Made by a program: the position numbers and the translations under genes. From Lingula anatina (lineage: Eukaryota; Animalia; Brachiopoda): a stretch of 64,000 nt of DNA. The DNA is taken from the NCBI GenBank assembly GCA_051362555.1, contig CM120645.1, forward strand, positions 22,940,001 to 23,004,000, given 5' to 3'. Under the pieces are notes generated by a model. That model was not told where the DNA came from and searched no databases. It saw only the letters and a list, made by a program, of their open reading frames with translations. Shown in pieces: positions 51,451 to 64,000 of this stretch (its first letter is position 1; the number at the start of each line of letters is the position of its first letter).

Positions 51451-53363
51451 GACCTAGTTCATGAAATGACAGGCTTTCTAAGAAGTACTTTGTATCATAC
51501 GTTCAAGTTATGGTAATTGGTTAATTGGAGCTGTTATGTGATGTGGATAATTATAAGTGCATTAAGTGCAAATTATTGTAATATTTTCATTATTAAGATT
51601 GCTTTTCATGTCTCCAGCACTGACTGGGGTAGAGAATGACTTACATTTGCAAATACCGTTTCTTCCTTCATTTATAAACAAAAAACATCTACTGTATTAT
51701 TTTTCTCCTTTGTACTAGCTGTTTTCCGCTCTGTTTTCTTTCAGATAATTATATCCATAAAGCAAATGAAACTACTCGTTAAATTATAAATATAAAAAAA
51801 AATTAATTTCATTATAGGCAAATAATGCCATGACTTTACACTATAAATTATGAAAAAGTAATACAATTCCTAAAATACTTTTTAAGCATTCAAAAAAGGA
51901 ATTACACTAATTGCTTTGGTATCGTGACCATTTTTTTAACAATAAAAATGCTAAAGAAGACCTATCAATTGAACTCATAGATAAGTGTGAATAGTCTTTT
52001 GTAAGATCAAAGCTTCCTCAATGACAAATTAGAAAAAAACAGGTATTCACATGACTTCCTTATAGGGTCCTTAGGTGCATTACCTCACAGAAGCCATTTA
52101 TTGTGTTTTGTTTTGTTTTTTTCTTATTTTTCCCCCATACGGGTTTCATCTCCCCAGTGTAACAGGAGCAATAAAGCAGAAAATCCTCTGCCATTCAGAT
52201 CAATTACCCCTGGAAATGACAATCGCTTTATGGCATGACTTCTCCTCCTAAGAAACGACAATCTACTGATAAGATCGCCATTCAATGCTGTACATGCTCA
52301 ATGGAATTTGTTCCCTCTGTTATATGAGAAAGACAGCTTCAGGTAGCTTAAGCACATGCTGCATGGTATTGAATTTTTTTTTTAATTACTACCCTAGAAA
52401 ACAAAAAAGTTGCACTGCAAAGGTCTAATAAATCTAAACCTGAAGGATATACATTCAGCAAGAAGTAATGCAGTCAACTTTTACCTACAGCAGTTGCTTA
52501 ATTTACAAGAGGTTTGGATCTGTCTTCAAACTTATTTTCTAAAAACATCAATGAAAAACAAATTGGAATCTGAAGAGTATACAGATACCGTGTTTGAGAC
52601 AATTCAGTCTTTTAAAAAATTCAATGGAAGACTTTTGTATTGGACCAGAAAGAGCAAAAAATTAAAAACAAAACCATTGTTTGTATAGAAAAAAATCAGC
52701 TTCATTGTTAGCCATATTTATAGTTTCATCACAATTTCCATCATTTCCATACAATATCAAGCGGCCAGGTAGTACAGATCTCGTGGATGGTCAGGTAAAG
52801 TTTCTCTTTAATTACCCACTGACACCAGGTGAGTCATCCTGCCCGTTACCATGGTGATTTTATGACTAACACAGGGCGTCTACCTGGCTGGATATGATGA
52901 TACGTGCACCACCTAGCTCTGTTCTCTCGAAAAAAAACCAGATAAAATAGACAAGGCGCTTTTGTTTTAGTAATAATCAAGCTGATTTTCTGTGTTTTTG
53001 CTGAAATGTATAATTCCTGTCAACCAAGGTCCTGAAGTAAACCATTGTAATTTTTATCATTTAATCAGATTAACAAGTAATTTTTCACTTACTCCTTTCA
53101 TCACCCATACCAAGCCAACATACTGAGGACCAAAAAGTTAAATGTCTGATTTATCTAGAGACAAATTAGACAAACAAGTCCGTCTTGAGTCCAGGACCAA
53201 CTTTGGGACTTCAGTTGTTTTATGAAATAGACCTCTAGAAGCCACCCTCAAAACGACAGTCCATTTTTTCACGAAAGAACAGGACACTTCCTGCCTCAAA
53301 TCTATTCCTACCACAATTCGACTGCTTTTGACCAAAATATTGTGATATCACAATGACTACGGA

Positions 53364-53365
<2 letters not shown>

Positions 53366-53402
<37 letters not shown>

Positions 53403-53452
53403 AGAGAGAGAGAGAGAGGGGATAAGAGAGAGAGAGAGTGAAAGAGAGAGAG
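53366..53452. repeat. Interrupted (GA)n microsatellite
   Basis: Direct reading, with a duplicated GAGTGAAAGAGAG interruption. Confidence 0.95.
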
Positions 53453-55695
53453 CAAGCACTCAGATAACTTTTAATCACTAAATTGCATGATTACGACTGT
53501 TAGCACAACATGAACTCCACCGGGAGAAAGGTGACTACGCATGTTGCTGGGATAGAATACCAACACATGCCGTCATAGCACGTATTTCTATTGTCAGGGG
53601 TACCAATACCCTTCTAAATTTCACATTTTTTCTCCTCTACAGTAGTATTATCTTTTTCTTTCATTCTTTGTTTTTCACTGGGGGTATCAAGTGCTTCATG
53701 CATATTTCATCCTAGTCAGCGTTTGATGTATCTTATCACTTATTATGAATGTTTGAAAGATGAGGGATTGCCTGTTTCTATTTCAATGACTTTTTCAGTT
53801 TCCAATTAAAAATTGGTGTTAAATCATTGTCATGTGCATTACTGATAAACAGCTTCACCTGTTTGATTTCACTAGCCTTGCACAAGCATGGAAAATCGTC
53901 ATCAATCAATGACAAAAAATGAAAAAGAAACTGGGACAAAAAATGAAAAATTCTTTAAAAATTTATGATTTGTTTAAAATATTCATGACGTCCTAGTTAA
54001 TCTGTCCAATTATCATAACTATAAAAAAGTGCAAGCTGAAAACAACTTGGAATTTGATAAGAAATTTCCTTTCACAACTGAGAAGATGATTTCTGCCTTC
54101 GTCACCAGATGTCAGCACATGACAGAGTCACTGAGCTCTGGACATGCAGTAATCTGGTAGTGGGTTATCATTGATTTATCTAATTAATGAATCATGTTTT
54201 GATTAGATCATGCAATAAATCAAAAATCCCCACTTAAAGGTCAGGTGTATAATAGCCTTTAGCTGACTCAGTTTATTTATCCTTCATTGTGTTAGGAGAG
54301 GATCGAGAAAGATTGTTGCAGCCGATTTATTTAACAATTGAATGCTGTGAAAATGGTCTCAAATTCAGAGCAGTGTTCTTTACCGCAGGAGAAAGTGACG
54401 AAAACAGTGAATGCCAATAGTTAGCTATTACCACAATATAAGTCATCTATCCAGTTATCATAGGTCAAAGATTTCATTTTCACAAATAAGACTGATTGTG
54501 TTTGTTTGTTTTTCGTGCAGTAAAAGTCTTTCTTCAATACAAAAGGCCTTAAATTGTTTGTTTGGTACTTAAAATTAAAAAAGTGGTTCTGTCACAATTG
54601 CATAGCTGATGTTAAATTCCATTTTGGCAATAAAAACAAAAATTAACAATAATTTATTTAATAAAGAAATATAGATTTTATCACTGGCGCCATGAGCATT
54701 TAAGCAATGATTTTGATTCATTTCTAAATGGAGCTGTAGTCATGGAGTAGCACACAGGTGTTAACAACTATGCCAGTGTCTCCCTCACCTGACGCCAGGG
54801 GTCTAACTGACGCCAAGCCTAGCTACAGTCTGTGTGTCTTTAAGACAGGGACTAATCCACTCTCAAACATGAAAAAACTTGTATTCGTTGATAACATTCA
54901 GCAGATATGCATGTAAAGATTTTTTTTGTCTGTCAGAAAGGGACAAACCGTTTTGTTCTTGTCCAAAAATAAATAAGCCGTAACACCTCTATCCAAGGTC
55001 TATACATGTACTCACAATTAAGGGGGGTGGTGGTGGGGGTGAGGGTGGGGGGGGGGGGCATTTTCTAGAGGAAGAATTCTAAGAAACAACATAATAAGCA
55101 CAATTAATCTTTTAATCTGATTGCATTCAGTGATAGTCCCCATGGAGTTGAGTTGGACTGATCTACATAGAATAATAGTTTCATTCGGAATAACCCCTAA
55201 TTCATGTTTCTCTGAGGATTGCCCAAAATTTTATGATTTTTCTTTTCAAAAAAAATTTTGCAGCAGCATTTTGATATAGTGAAATGGCAATGACAAGGTA
55301 AAAAAAAAAAAAAAAAAAAACGGATCAATTTCAGGTCAAAACTGCCCAGTGTGAACACACCAGCTTCTGTCACACCAGCTAGTGCTGTCTATATCCTACG
55401 AAAATAACATCAAAAAAGAAATTTCTTTGATGTCAGTGTGTGCGCAGTTTTGGTCACAAAAAGCTGGCTTTGTTTTGTGACGTGAATAAATGGACATATC
55501 CTGTATAGGCAGGTAACTTTGGGAGATGTCAGCATCATGGGGGAGTTGTACAGACAGGTTGACAGGAGCTATGGAACACCACCATAGAAAACACCCATCA
55601 GGTTTACACATATAGAAATATCATGTCAATTCTAGCTATGTCGGTTTCACCACAGAAAATTTTTTAATAGCCAATCTGAACCAGTGTTTTAATTG

Positions 55696-55869
55696 CAGCC
55701 TGTAGCTAGAGGGGGTGGGGTTGGGTTCGAAGAACTGCCCTTTCTATCAGGAAAATGTCCATTCTGGGTAAAATTTGAGATAGGTACTCAAAAGGTTTCA
55801 TTGTAAAAGGTCCACATTTCAAAAAAGCCCCCCCCCCCCCCCCCCCATGAAATTACTGGGTATAGGCTA
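55696..55869 (+). mobile_element. ~175-bp degenerate MITE family C copy
   Basis: Short imperfect TIRs AGCCTGTAGCTAG / CTGGGTATAGGCT, a G-rich left arm, an internal AAAGGTCCAC and a C-rich right arm. Similar architecture at 38237-38425 and 12263-12448. Confidence 0.55.
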
Positions 55870-56598
55870 TACATGTATTTAAACCTGTCTTGAATTTGTT
55901 TAAAAAACTGCAAAGGAACCACTGGATGTCGGTATCTAATTTTTCAAAATATGCTAAAACCCGACTAAAACCACCCAGCAAAACTGGCACCTTTAGTAAA
56001 GATGCCTTCTCATTAAAACAGCAAAACCGTGGTTTTAAATTCCTTGCTCATGATCTCTACATGAAGTAATGCAATTAAATTCACTGTACATTGCTGTATG
56101 CTTTAATGCCTGGTTCACAGCAGAGCAGCTCTTCAGACTTACATTAATCTAATGGTCCCTTAGGTAATTAATGTTCCTGTAACATGTGAAACTGAAAGTC
56201 TATTTTTGAATTAAATCAAAACTTATAAGTCATTATCAGAGGAATCATTTGGCAGTGTTCTACCCATCCTTCTTTTGTAAGCTTATATATTCTTCTCCAG
56301 TCATTCCTCTTTTTGAATTGACTGAGCTATTTTAAGGTAACTTTGATTAATGGGGAGCTACTTTAATCCCAAGTTCCTAAAAATAGTCCCTCTTTTATCT
56401 TGAAAATTAATTAGTGTGGTTTTATATATGCTCCTCTTTATCACAAAAAGGCTGTTGTAAATATACAGAATCGATTGTTCGAATGATGTTAACACCTGGG
56501 GAAAGTCGTGAAAACTTTGTGGTCCATTATATTGTTCATGTTACTTTACAAAGGGGTTCCATCATAGTACGAGAACTTCTTTTCTGAACACAGCCTAA

Positions 56599-56812
56599 GG
56601 GTCTATTCCCACAACTTTAGATCGATCTATCACCGCGGGGAGTCTCACTAGATTACTGTCAGATAATCCCCCTTAAGTGTCCGTCCCCGCCTACTACAAG
56701 CTATAAGGGGTAATTAACTTTCGTGTCCGCCCGGCTGACAGCTATTTAGCGTGAACCCCCAGGGAGTTAGGTCGATCTAAAGAAGGTCGATCTAATCTAT
56801 GGAAATGGGGTG
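56599..56812 (-). mobile_element. MITE family A, copy 2 (inverted orientation)
   Basis: Contains GAGTCTCACTAGATTAC and ATTTAGCGTGAACCCCCAGGGAGTTAGG, reverse complements of the family A body. Preceded by TAA. Confidence 0.85.
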
Positions 56813-58342
56813 TATGAGAGGCACTTTAACACTGAGAAACCTGCCTTTTAAGACAGCCAGTTTACTGGTTTAATCTTTATTAGTACATTGGGGCTTGTGA
56901 AAGAGAGTACATTCCAACAGCTTAATTACATAATCAGACTTGGCAATAAAAATGGTGCTATACAGAAAATTAATATTATATCCCTCGATGTGAAAAGGAC
57001 TACCAAAATCATTGGGACACTAAGAATGCTAAAAATACACCGTTTTCTGTCAGGCAAATAAAAAATAACTTTTATCCCACATTCAGTTTTTTTTTTTAAA
57101 CTTAGTGAACCTGTTCTACATGGCAAATGTCCAAAATCTTAAGATGTACGTTAACAAGAATATTGCCAACTCAGCACTGCAGAGTAGAAATGAAGGGGAT
57201 ATATTTTCATTTCCAGATAAAATATTTTGCCATGTAATACAGCAAAACATCACACGGCCTTGGTCTTTTTTACCTAAATAAAGATAACCCACATTTTTTA
57301 GCCTTGGTCTATATCAAGATTAATAGCGGTGTCATTTCCCTGAGCCAGTGAGCTGTTTCTAGAGAGCCGAACACACGACTTGACATGGTGATTACATGTC
57401 TCCCTTGATGTAGGAATGAACATGCAGGATAATTGATTTTAATGACAATACTTTTACAGAGAGGTTCAAAGAAAGAAAAAAAATGTCCCATACAAAAAAA
57501 AAAAAAAGAGAGAGAGAGAGAAGCATACCTATGTTAAATATAAAAGCTAAATATCATCCATAAGAAAGCACTTTTGTATCACTGTACATACCCCTGTTGT
57601 ATATTGTCTCTGTATGATGAAATGCAATCAATTCATGTATCCTAATACTAATACCTGTATACAGACACAGATTTCAGGATGAAGCTTGTTGCAATTTTTT
57701 TCCAGGTAGAGCAAAATAGATGTCCTTTATCAACACCTACAATGCACAACTATTCTCAAACATGATATGCAAAACAGTATTTTATTTGTTTGAGGTTCAT
57801 TTGATGATTAAATGTTCTTTTTTAAAGTACTGTGCCTGACGCCTTCTCTTTAAAGCTGCAAAAAAAAATTTGTCAGAGAAAACAAAGAAAAGAATGTGAA
57901 CAAAACCTTTAATGTTTTAACAATACCAATCAATCTTTTTTCTTACTTCACAAACAACAAGACCAGTCAACTTCATGTTAACACAATGTCTTGCAATGTA
58001 TTTAACTTGCACGCCTCATCCTAATGGAGACAAAACAGCAATTAAGTCTTGTTAACATGGCGCAACATCTATTTCAGGAACTCCCGTCCTAAATGGCTCT
58101 ACATGTGACACTGATGCAAACTGATACTAATACAATGTTGCCAGCATACCAGAGCTCCTGACGCTGGCAATGAATGGTGACATCTCTCTAATCGTAGTTA
58201 CGACACACAGGAGACTTTCCAGCGACTCCCAGATGAGACTTGTCTAGGACTTGTCTTTCTTCGTACTCAACATAAAACTTGAAGTGGCAAGCATAATACA
58301 GAACCAGGATGAAAATAATGTTACATACAGTCCACCATTTTA

Positions 58343-58376
58343 ACAATACAATACAATACAATACAATACAATACAA
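58343..58376. repeat. (AATAC)n pentanucleotide repeat
   Basis: Direct reading. Confidence 0.9.
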
Positions 58377-58647
58377 TGTAGAACAATTCCTGAAAACAGG
58401 AAATGCTGCAGAGAATATACAAATTATGCTGAAATCTTGACTCTTTATTAGCATGCATCTTGGGGTACCCAAGGTACCAAGGTACCCAAAAATTAAAAAG
58501 CAGATATAAAAAGAATTCGGGCAGCAATGCTTAAAATATACAGACTAAAAGAAAACATGATAAATATTCTGTATAACATACTGTTACACAACAAACAAAC
58601 TCTGTTTTTATTTTTCACTTTCATTTGAACACTATCTCAATCCTTAA

Positions 58648-58830
58648 ACCACGGCTAGCGCGTAGAACAAAAGACTCGACTGTGCTGTATTCGACATACA
58701 AGCACATCATGTACGAGTGCGTTCCACGGTCTGTTGCACTACTAGTCGCGGCTCGCCAATACACTCGTAATATTTCACGTACAGCTCGGTGACTCGTATT
58801 GTATCTATCACATAAACAGTTACCGCACTT
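58648..58830. mobile_element. CpG-rich short island, probably a relatively young TE fragment
   Basis: Abrupt CpG enrichment (CACGGCTAGCGCG, TAGTCGCGGCTCGCC, repeated ACTCG) in a CpG-poor background. No ORF. Family not identified. Confidence 0.3.
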
Positions 58831-61011
58831 AGAAATAAATAAAGTAGAGTAGGGAATAGGTAAGATCTACATGACCTGTCATTTCAGAGTGAACTATGTG
58901 AGTATCATCAGCAGATTTACAACTTCTAATTAGCTCATAAAAAGCTGGAGTCTTCAGATTCAAGGGTTATTAGTTGACAAGTTGTTTTGACACTGATTCT
59001 CATATACTGACTAGAAATCAATACTGGAACAGTGGTATGTATATGGCAGCTACTTCAAATTTTCTTGCTTGTTTTTAAGCTAGAGTCACTATAAAATTGC
59101 CAAATAGATATGGTATTGGAAAGGCATAAAGATATGCTTTCTCAAAGTTAATAACAGATATGTTAGTGTTAATTTCCTGTTTTAGATTATTTATCCATTA
59201 GCTAAATATTTCAACGTAGGACTTGTTTTCATTCAAATTACAGTGGAAATAGTATTTTTTGACTCAGTATTTTTTTTTTAGGTTTTCAAATTTAAAGTGG
59301 CATTTAATCTGCATTATTAAGTCATATGTCATCATAGCTTTAAACTGTACACAACTCCATGTCCAGCATCAAGTCCATAGGATGGGTTTTATGAGGAAAC
59401 AGATCTACCCGTTAACCTATTGTTCCCTTCATTTGTATGACAATCCCAGTTACGACACTGTGCATTGTTTTACAATGGATTGAAATGTCTCGTTTGTCAG
59501 TGAGGTATCTTGATGAGGTTGTTAAAACAGTGTTTAGGGATTGTTTAATGGCTTTTTTATTGCTGTTTATACAGATGTCTTAAATTACAAAACAGATGAT
59601 CAACTATTTAGCCTTTGAGACTGAACTATAGAGAGCAGTCTTTGTTTTTCTGGTTTATGTATGTGGCCAACTTACCTAGTGCAATGCTGGTGTCTTTAAA
59701 TTTTTCAAATCAATTTATTTTTAACGAGCTACAAATTTTCAAAAATTGAAAAAAATAATAATAAAAATTTAATAAATAAATAAACATTATACTTGACAGT
59801 GCACATTTGACTCATTTACTGCATCACACAGAAATCAGTAATAAACAACATATGCCAAATTGGTCATTACAGAGAAAAACACTGTCATTTGATCGCGTTA
59901 TCCCAACTTGAATCAGTGTTAATCACTTTCCTTAACTTCATTAACTCTGTGACAGCTAACAAGAGGAAAACACTGACAACATATGACACATCTTTCCATC
60001 TTTTACTTGTCCCAAATAACAAAATAAACCACATCAAACTTTCATCAGGTTAATGAACAAGCAGGGAGTTGATTAACCGCTTATTTATCTATCATTTTCT
60101 CAATTAATAACAATTAAGACACAGCTATTGGTTTTTTGACACCAGTAAATTGGATGAGGCCAAATCAAAGGAGTGACACACGAGAACTGAGGTTAGAGAT
60201 TTGACTGCCAGGAACTTCATTATCTGATCAAAGAACACCATTTCATGGAGAAACAAAATGAGTCACAATCTAATTGGGCCAGTTCCAATTGATTTGTTCT
60301 TGCATAAAAATTGAAATTAATGTCAGTTCCGTTTCGTGTGAATCCTGAGTAAGGTGAAGTAAGGTGAGTGTCTGGGTGAGTGTCCTGTGAACTAGGGTAT
60401 TGGCTTTTGAAATTTGAGTCCTCCCTTAATTATGCGATGCTTAAATTTCATCAATCTGTGCTGTCAATTTAGCCAATTGAGTATCAGAATAAAATGGTAA
60501 TGTTGCAATAATAAAAGATTGTTAGCATATCACAATCAAAATACAGCAAACATTAAATCCACAATCTTTCTCCAGAGAGAGAACAGTAGCGCTTGATGAG
60601 ATATTAATAAGTAAAAAACAGTTCAAGCATCACATCCCTTTGTTCTGTCTTTGCAAAGGAATCATGGGATGCCACTAGTAAAAACACAAAATAAATATCA
60701 GCACACTGACTATTACACTCTCTTTGTTAGTCATCCAGAAAATCCTGTAACAACAAAATAGATCATAAAACAAGTTTTCTTTTTCAAAGCTCTCCCAACT
60801 GTTAAATTTTATCCCATCTGCAGTGAAAGCCAAACAACAAAGATGTGAACCTGCAACTTTTTCATGGATCAGTTTCCAGTGTCATTACAGGGTTTTCCAA
60901 TTACTTATAATCAGAAATATTTTTAACCTAAAACTTTTTACAGAGCCCTTATCACACTGTCTGATATACTTGACTGGGCTGGTCTGCCTTAATTAAGAGA
61001 CTGACAACTTA

Positions 61012-61226
61012 GACTGCATTCTCATAGATTTAGATCGATCCATCTAGATCGGCCTAACTCCCTGGGGGTTCACGTTAAATTGCAGTCAGCCGAGCATGCA
61101 CAACAGTTAATTACTCTCTTACAGGTTTAAGTAGGCGGGACAGACGCTTAAGCTGGCTAAGCTGAGAGTAATCTAGTGAGACTCCCCATAGAGATAGATC
61201 GATCTAAAATCTGTGGGAATGGGGTC
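61012..61226 (+). mobile_element. MITE family A, copy 3
   Basis: TTA|GACTGCATTCTCATAGATTTAGATCGATC ... GATCGATCTAAAATCTGTGGGAATGGGGTC|TAA. TWA flanks fit PIF/Harbinger target preference. Body matches copies 1 and 2. Confidence 0.85.
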
Positions 61227-61362
61227 TAAGAGACTGATAACTAAGCCTGATAATAACTTGAGAGAGTTACCAAAATGGACCCCACCCCCTCAACACAGCC
61301 AATAAATTTATCAGGCAATTTAACAACATGAAGTTAACTTTTGTGGAGAAGTTGTGAACAAG

Positions 61363-61400
<38 letters not shown>

Positions 61401-64000
61401 AGCAAAATTTCAGGTTAATTAGAACTGCTCAAAGTGATATGAGGCCAAGCTGTATTAATTAAGCATACCACTGGAGATCACCTTTTTTTTAACTTTTGCC
61501 CAAACATTTGGAGCCCCCTGTAGCAGCACGTGCTCAGTCCACCGTGGCACATGTACACGGCTTCTGATGTCAGATTAACTTAATCACCTTCTCATGTAAC
61601 CTGCCATTTGCGAGCTCTGGAGTATCAATAAGACCAAATTACCTTAAGCCACACTGTTAATCCCACTGCGCATTTTATAAAGATTTCTTCAGCGGCTGTT
61701 GTAGAGAAAAGATACACCAATATGTCCATGGTTCTAAAAAGCTTATAGATTTAATCCATTGAGAAATGCTTAAAAAGTATCTTTTATTGTTGAGTGAGAT
61801 ATTGTAAAACCTTATTACTGTTAATCTCTCTTGAACTAATGATAAATTCTGAAATCCACATTGGATTATATTTGAAAACAGGCATAATAGAACCCCTTTT
61901 TTCTCATCAATCTCAGCTAATCCTTCAAAAATGTATCCACACTGCCATTCAATGTGAAAGACTTGTCAAACAATAATGGTATCATATTTACAGTAATATC
62001 TTCTGAACTAATGGAGAAAATGCAAAAGATTTGCAACATCACAGGACACAAATAAACCACAGAGATAATGGTCCTTAAGTAAAAATATTAAATTTCTTTT
62101 GTTTTATAGATTGTAAAAAAAAATCAAAAAGGGTTTATATATTTATTTGCATAAAATGACTTTTCAAATTTTAATTAAAAATAAAATATTTTAAGTCTTG
62201 TTATCAAGCACATTTAGCATTACCAATACAATTCCAAAACAAAGAAAAACATGTAAACTACTTAATTAAGTTCACCTAAAATATATTTCCTCAAATTCAA
62301 TTTCCAATCCACCTACATGACTCCAGATTACACATTAACAAGTTAGATATTTGCACATCAAACAAACTCTTCTCCTTCCACTGACGTTAGTGGGAAACTA
62401 TTTTGAGAAAGCACAAAGTTATATTTAGCAATGTTTTGTCAAACATACAAATTCTTAAATTCTATTTTTAACGGTTGCACGTGCCTCTACTTCAAGTACA
62501 CATTTAATAATGTGGTCACGATTTAAGTACATTTTGAATTTTAGCAGAAAGGGGCCTTAAGTTCCTCCATGAGATATATCTCTGCCAGGAAACTTGACAT
62601 GAGTTCGGAAAATTTTGATTGTTTCCTACCTGACAGCTTTTGTCATGAAACAAGTGCAAATCCTGAAATTCGAAACAATAAGGGTCATTTATGCTCCTTA
62701 CTTTTTATGACTTTGTCATGTCGTTGGTGCATTTTTTATGACAATCACGAAAATGAAAAAAAATGTTTGCCAAGTACATACTATTTTAAAGAAACCTTGT
62801 AAGTTAGTGCTTTTCTCATCCTGTACCAACTTTACAATTCCTTGTCAAAAGATTTATGTTTAACATAAAAACAATACAAGTTATCATTCATAAAAATGTA
62901 CGCATGTTCAGTTTATAATCTTCAAAAGAATTACCATCTGACACAAGTGCCCTCTCTAGTTATATAAACTTCTTAAATGTAACTTGACATGGAATTTCTT
63001 TCTATAAACTGCTTCATAGTGCACCTTTTGGCACAGGGTATCTATTAATACACTCAACGTCTGTCAATGTGTCATGAAAATCATTTTCATAAATGGGAAA
63101 AAATTGTCCTCTGTCATGCACCATGATCATTCTTATGTACCTTAGCACCGTCTGCTGCACAAAATAATACAGCATTAAACTGAAAAGCATCACAAGTTCT
63201 TACCTCATTTTGATAAAACTTTACGCCCCCCCCCCCCCCAAAAAAAAAAAAAAAAGAAAAGAAAAGGTGCTTTGATTAGAAAATGGGTATACATGTATAT
63301 TAAAAGCTCCGTTGAATATTTTCCTTTAAAAAGTTGCCATTAGAATTATTTTTTTAGAAAATGTACACATAGATTCAGATACCTTTTCTGATATGAACCA
63401 TCGCACTTACAGTAAAATCATAGACATAAATATCAAGCAACATAGTAAGATAAATAAGCATACGAAAATTAATAAATAGAATGTCATATGAAAAAGGCTC
63501 TGAAACTTATCATCTATGATATTGATGTTCATTCAGCTGACTACTATCTCCATATAGTGAAGATGATGTTTGGCTATAACATGTGTCATACGTCAAATCC
63601 ATTCCTCATATGTTTGGAGCAACAGATTTCTTGTAAAATAACAACAAATGTTCAATTTGTTCAGTCAAGCATATTGACATAGAGGTGTTACAGGATTCAT
63701 TGTTTAATCAAGAAATGTTTTGAATTTAATTCAGAAACCTGTCAAAGCAATTCAGATGACAAACTGAAAGAAAATCTGAATATAACAGAAACAGGAGAAG
63801 ACGTAAGCAAAAGGGTATACATCAATTACAATAAAAAGTTTGTTTTTTTTTAAACAAGAACATTACCAACAATAGAGTTAAGTAATCTAAGGAAAAAGGT
63901 GCCATTGTTATGGCTAAAAACACACCCATTTGGTAAGAAAAAAGTTAAAACAAGCTTAATTCCACAAGGAGTAGGTGTAAAAGAGTCACAAACTTCTTCC

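Noticed and set aside
53339-53354. Perfect 16-bp palindrome ATTGTGATATCACAAT
   Set aside because: Isolated and AT-rich. One such palindrome in 64 kb is not surprising and it has no supporting context.
2900-57710. Recursive-splicing ratchet points (polypyrimidine-CAG|GTAAG)
   Set aside because: Many CAGGT motifs exist, but almost none combine a strong pyrimidine tract with a full donor consensus. The best, TTTTTTTCCAG|GTAGAG near 57700, has a weak donor.
546-63682. The short ORFs in the supplied track as protein-coding genes
   Set aside because: All are 175 aa or shorter and many use non-ATG starts. Several are microsatellite translations (LSLSLS, ERERER, YIYIYI, HTHTHT) or antisense shadows of TE relics. 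None shows a recognisable intact domain.

Overview
AT-rich, CpG-depleted eukaryotic genomic DNA, most likely animal. The repeat content is compatible with a marine invertebrate, but that is inference. It reads as a giant intron or gene desert. None of the short ORFs in the track is a convincing intact gene, and I found no tRNA, rRNA or CRISPR array. Supportable content: (1) a 2.65-kb non-autonomous TIR element at 16301-18952 with TAG...CTA ends and a 3-bp TSD (Academ-like), filled with a convergent array of ~177-bp repeats that each carry a CCAAGATGGC-type motif; (2) several MITE families, including a three-copy ~220-bp Harbinger/Tourist-like family and a CpG-rich MITE with nested inverted repeats; (3) heavily decayed LINE relics (RTE-like, CR1/L2-like RT, I/Nimb-like ORF1 5' ends, an RLE-type C-terminus); (4) decayed coding-like segments on the minus strand at ~29-30.7 kb; (5) many microsatellites; (6) short homotypic motif clusters (TGACA, GLI-like, CAGGTR) that look like cis-regulatory modules. 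All protein-motif assignments are by eye from manual translation and need HMM confirmation. I cannot claim a demonstrably new biological system. The satellite-filled foldback element is the most striking structure.
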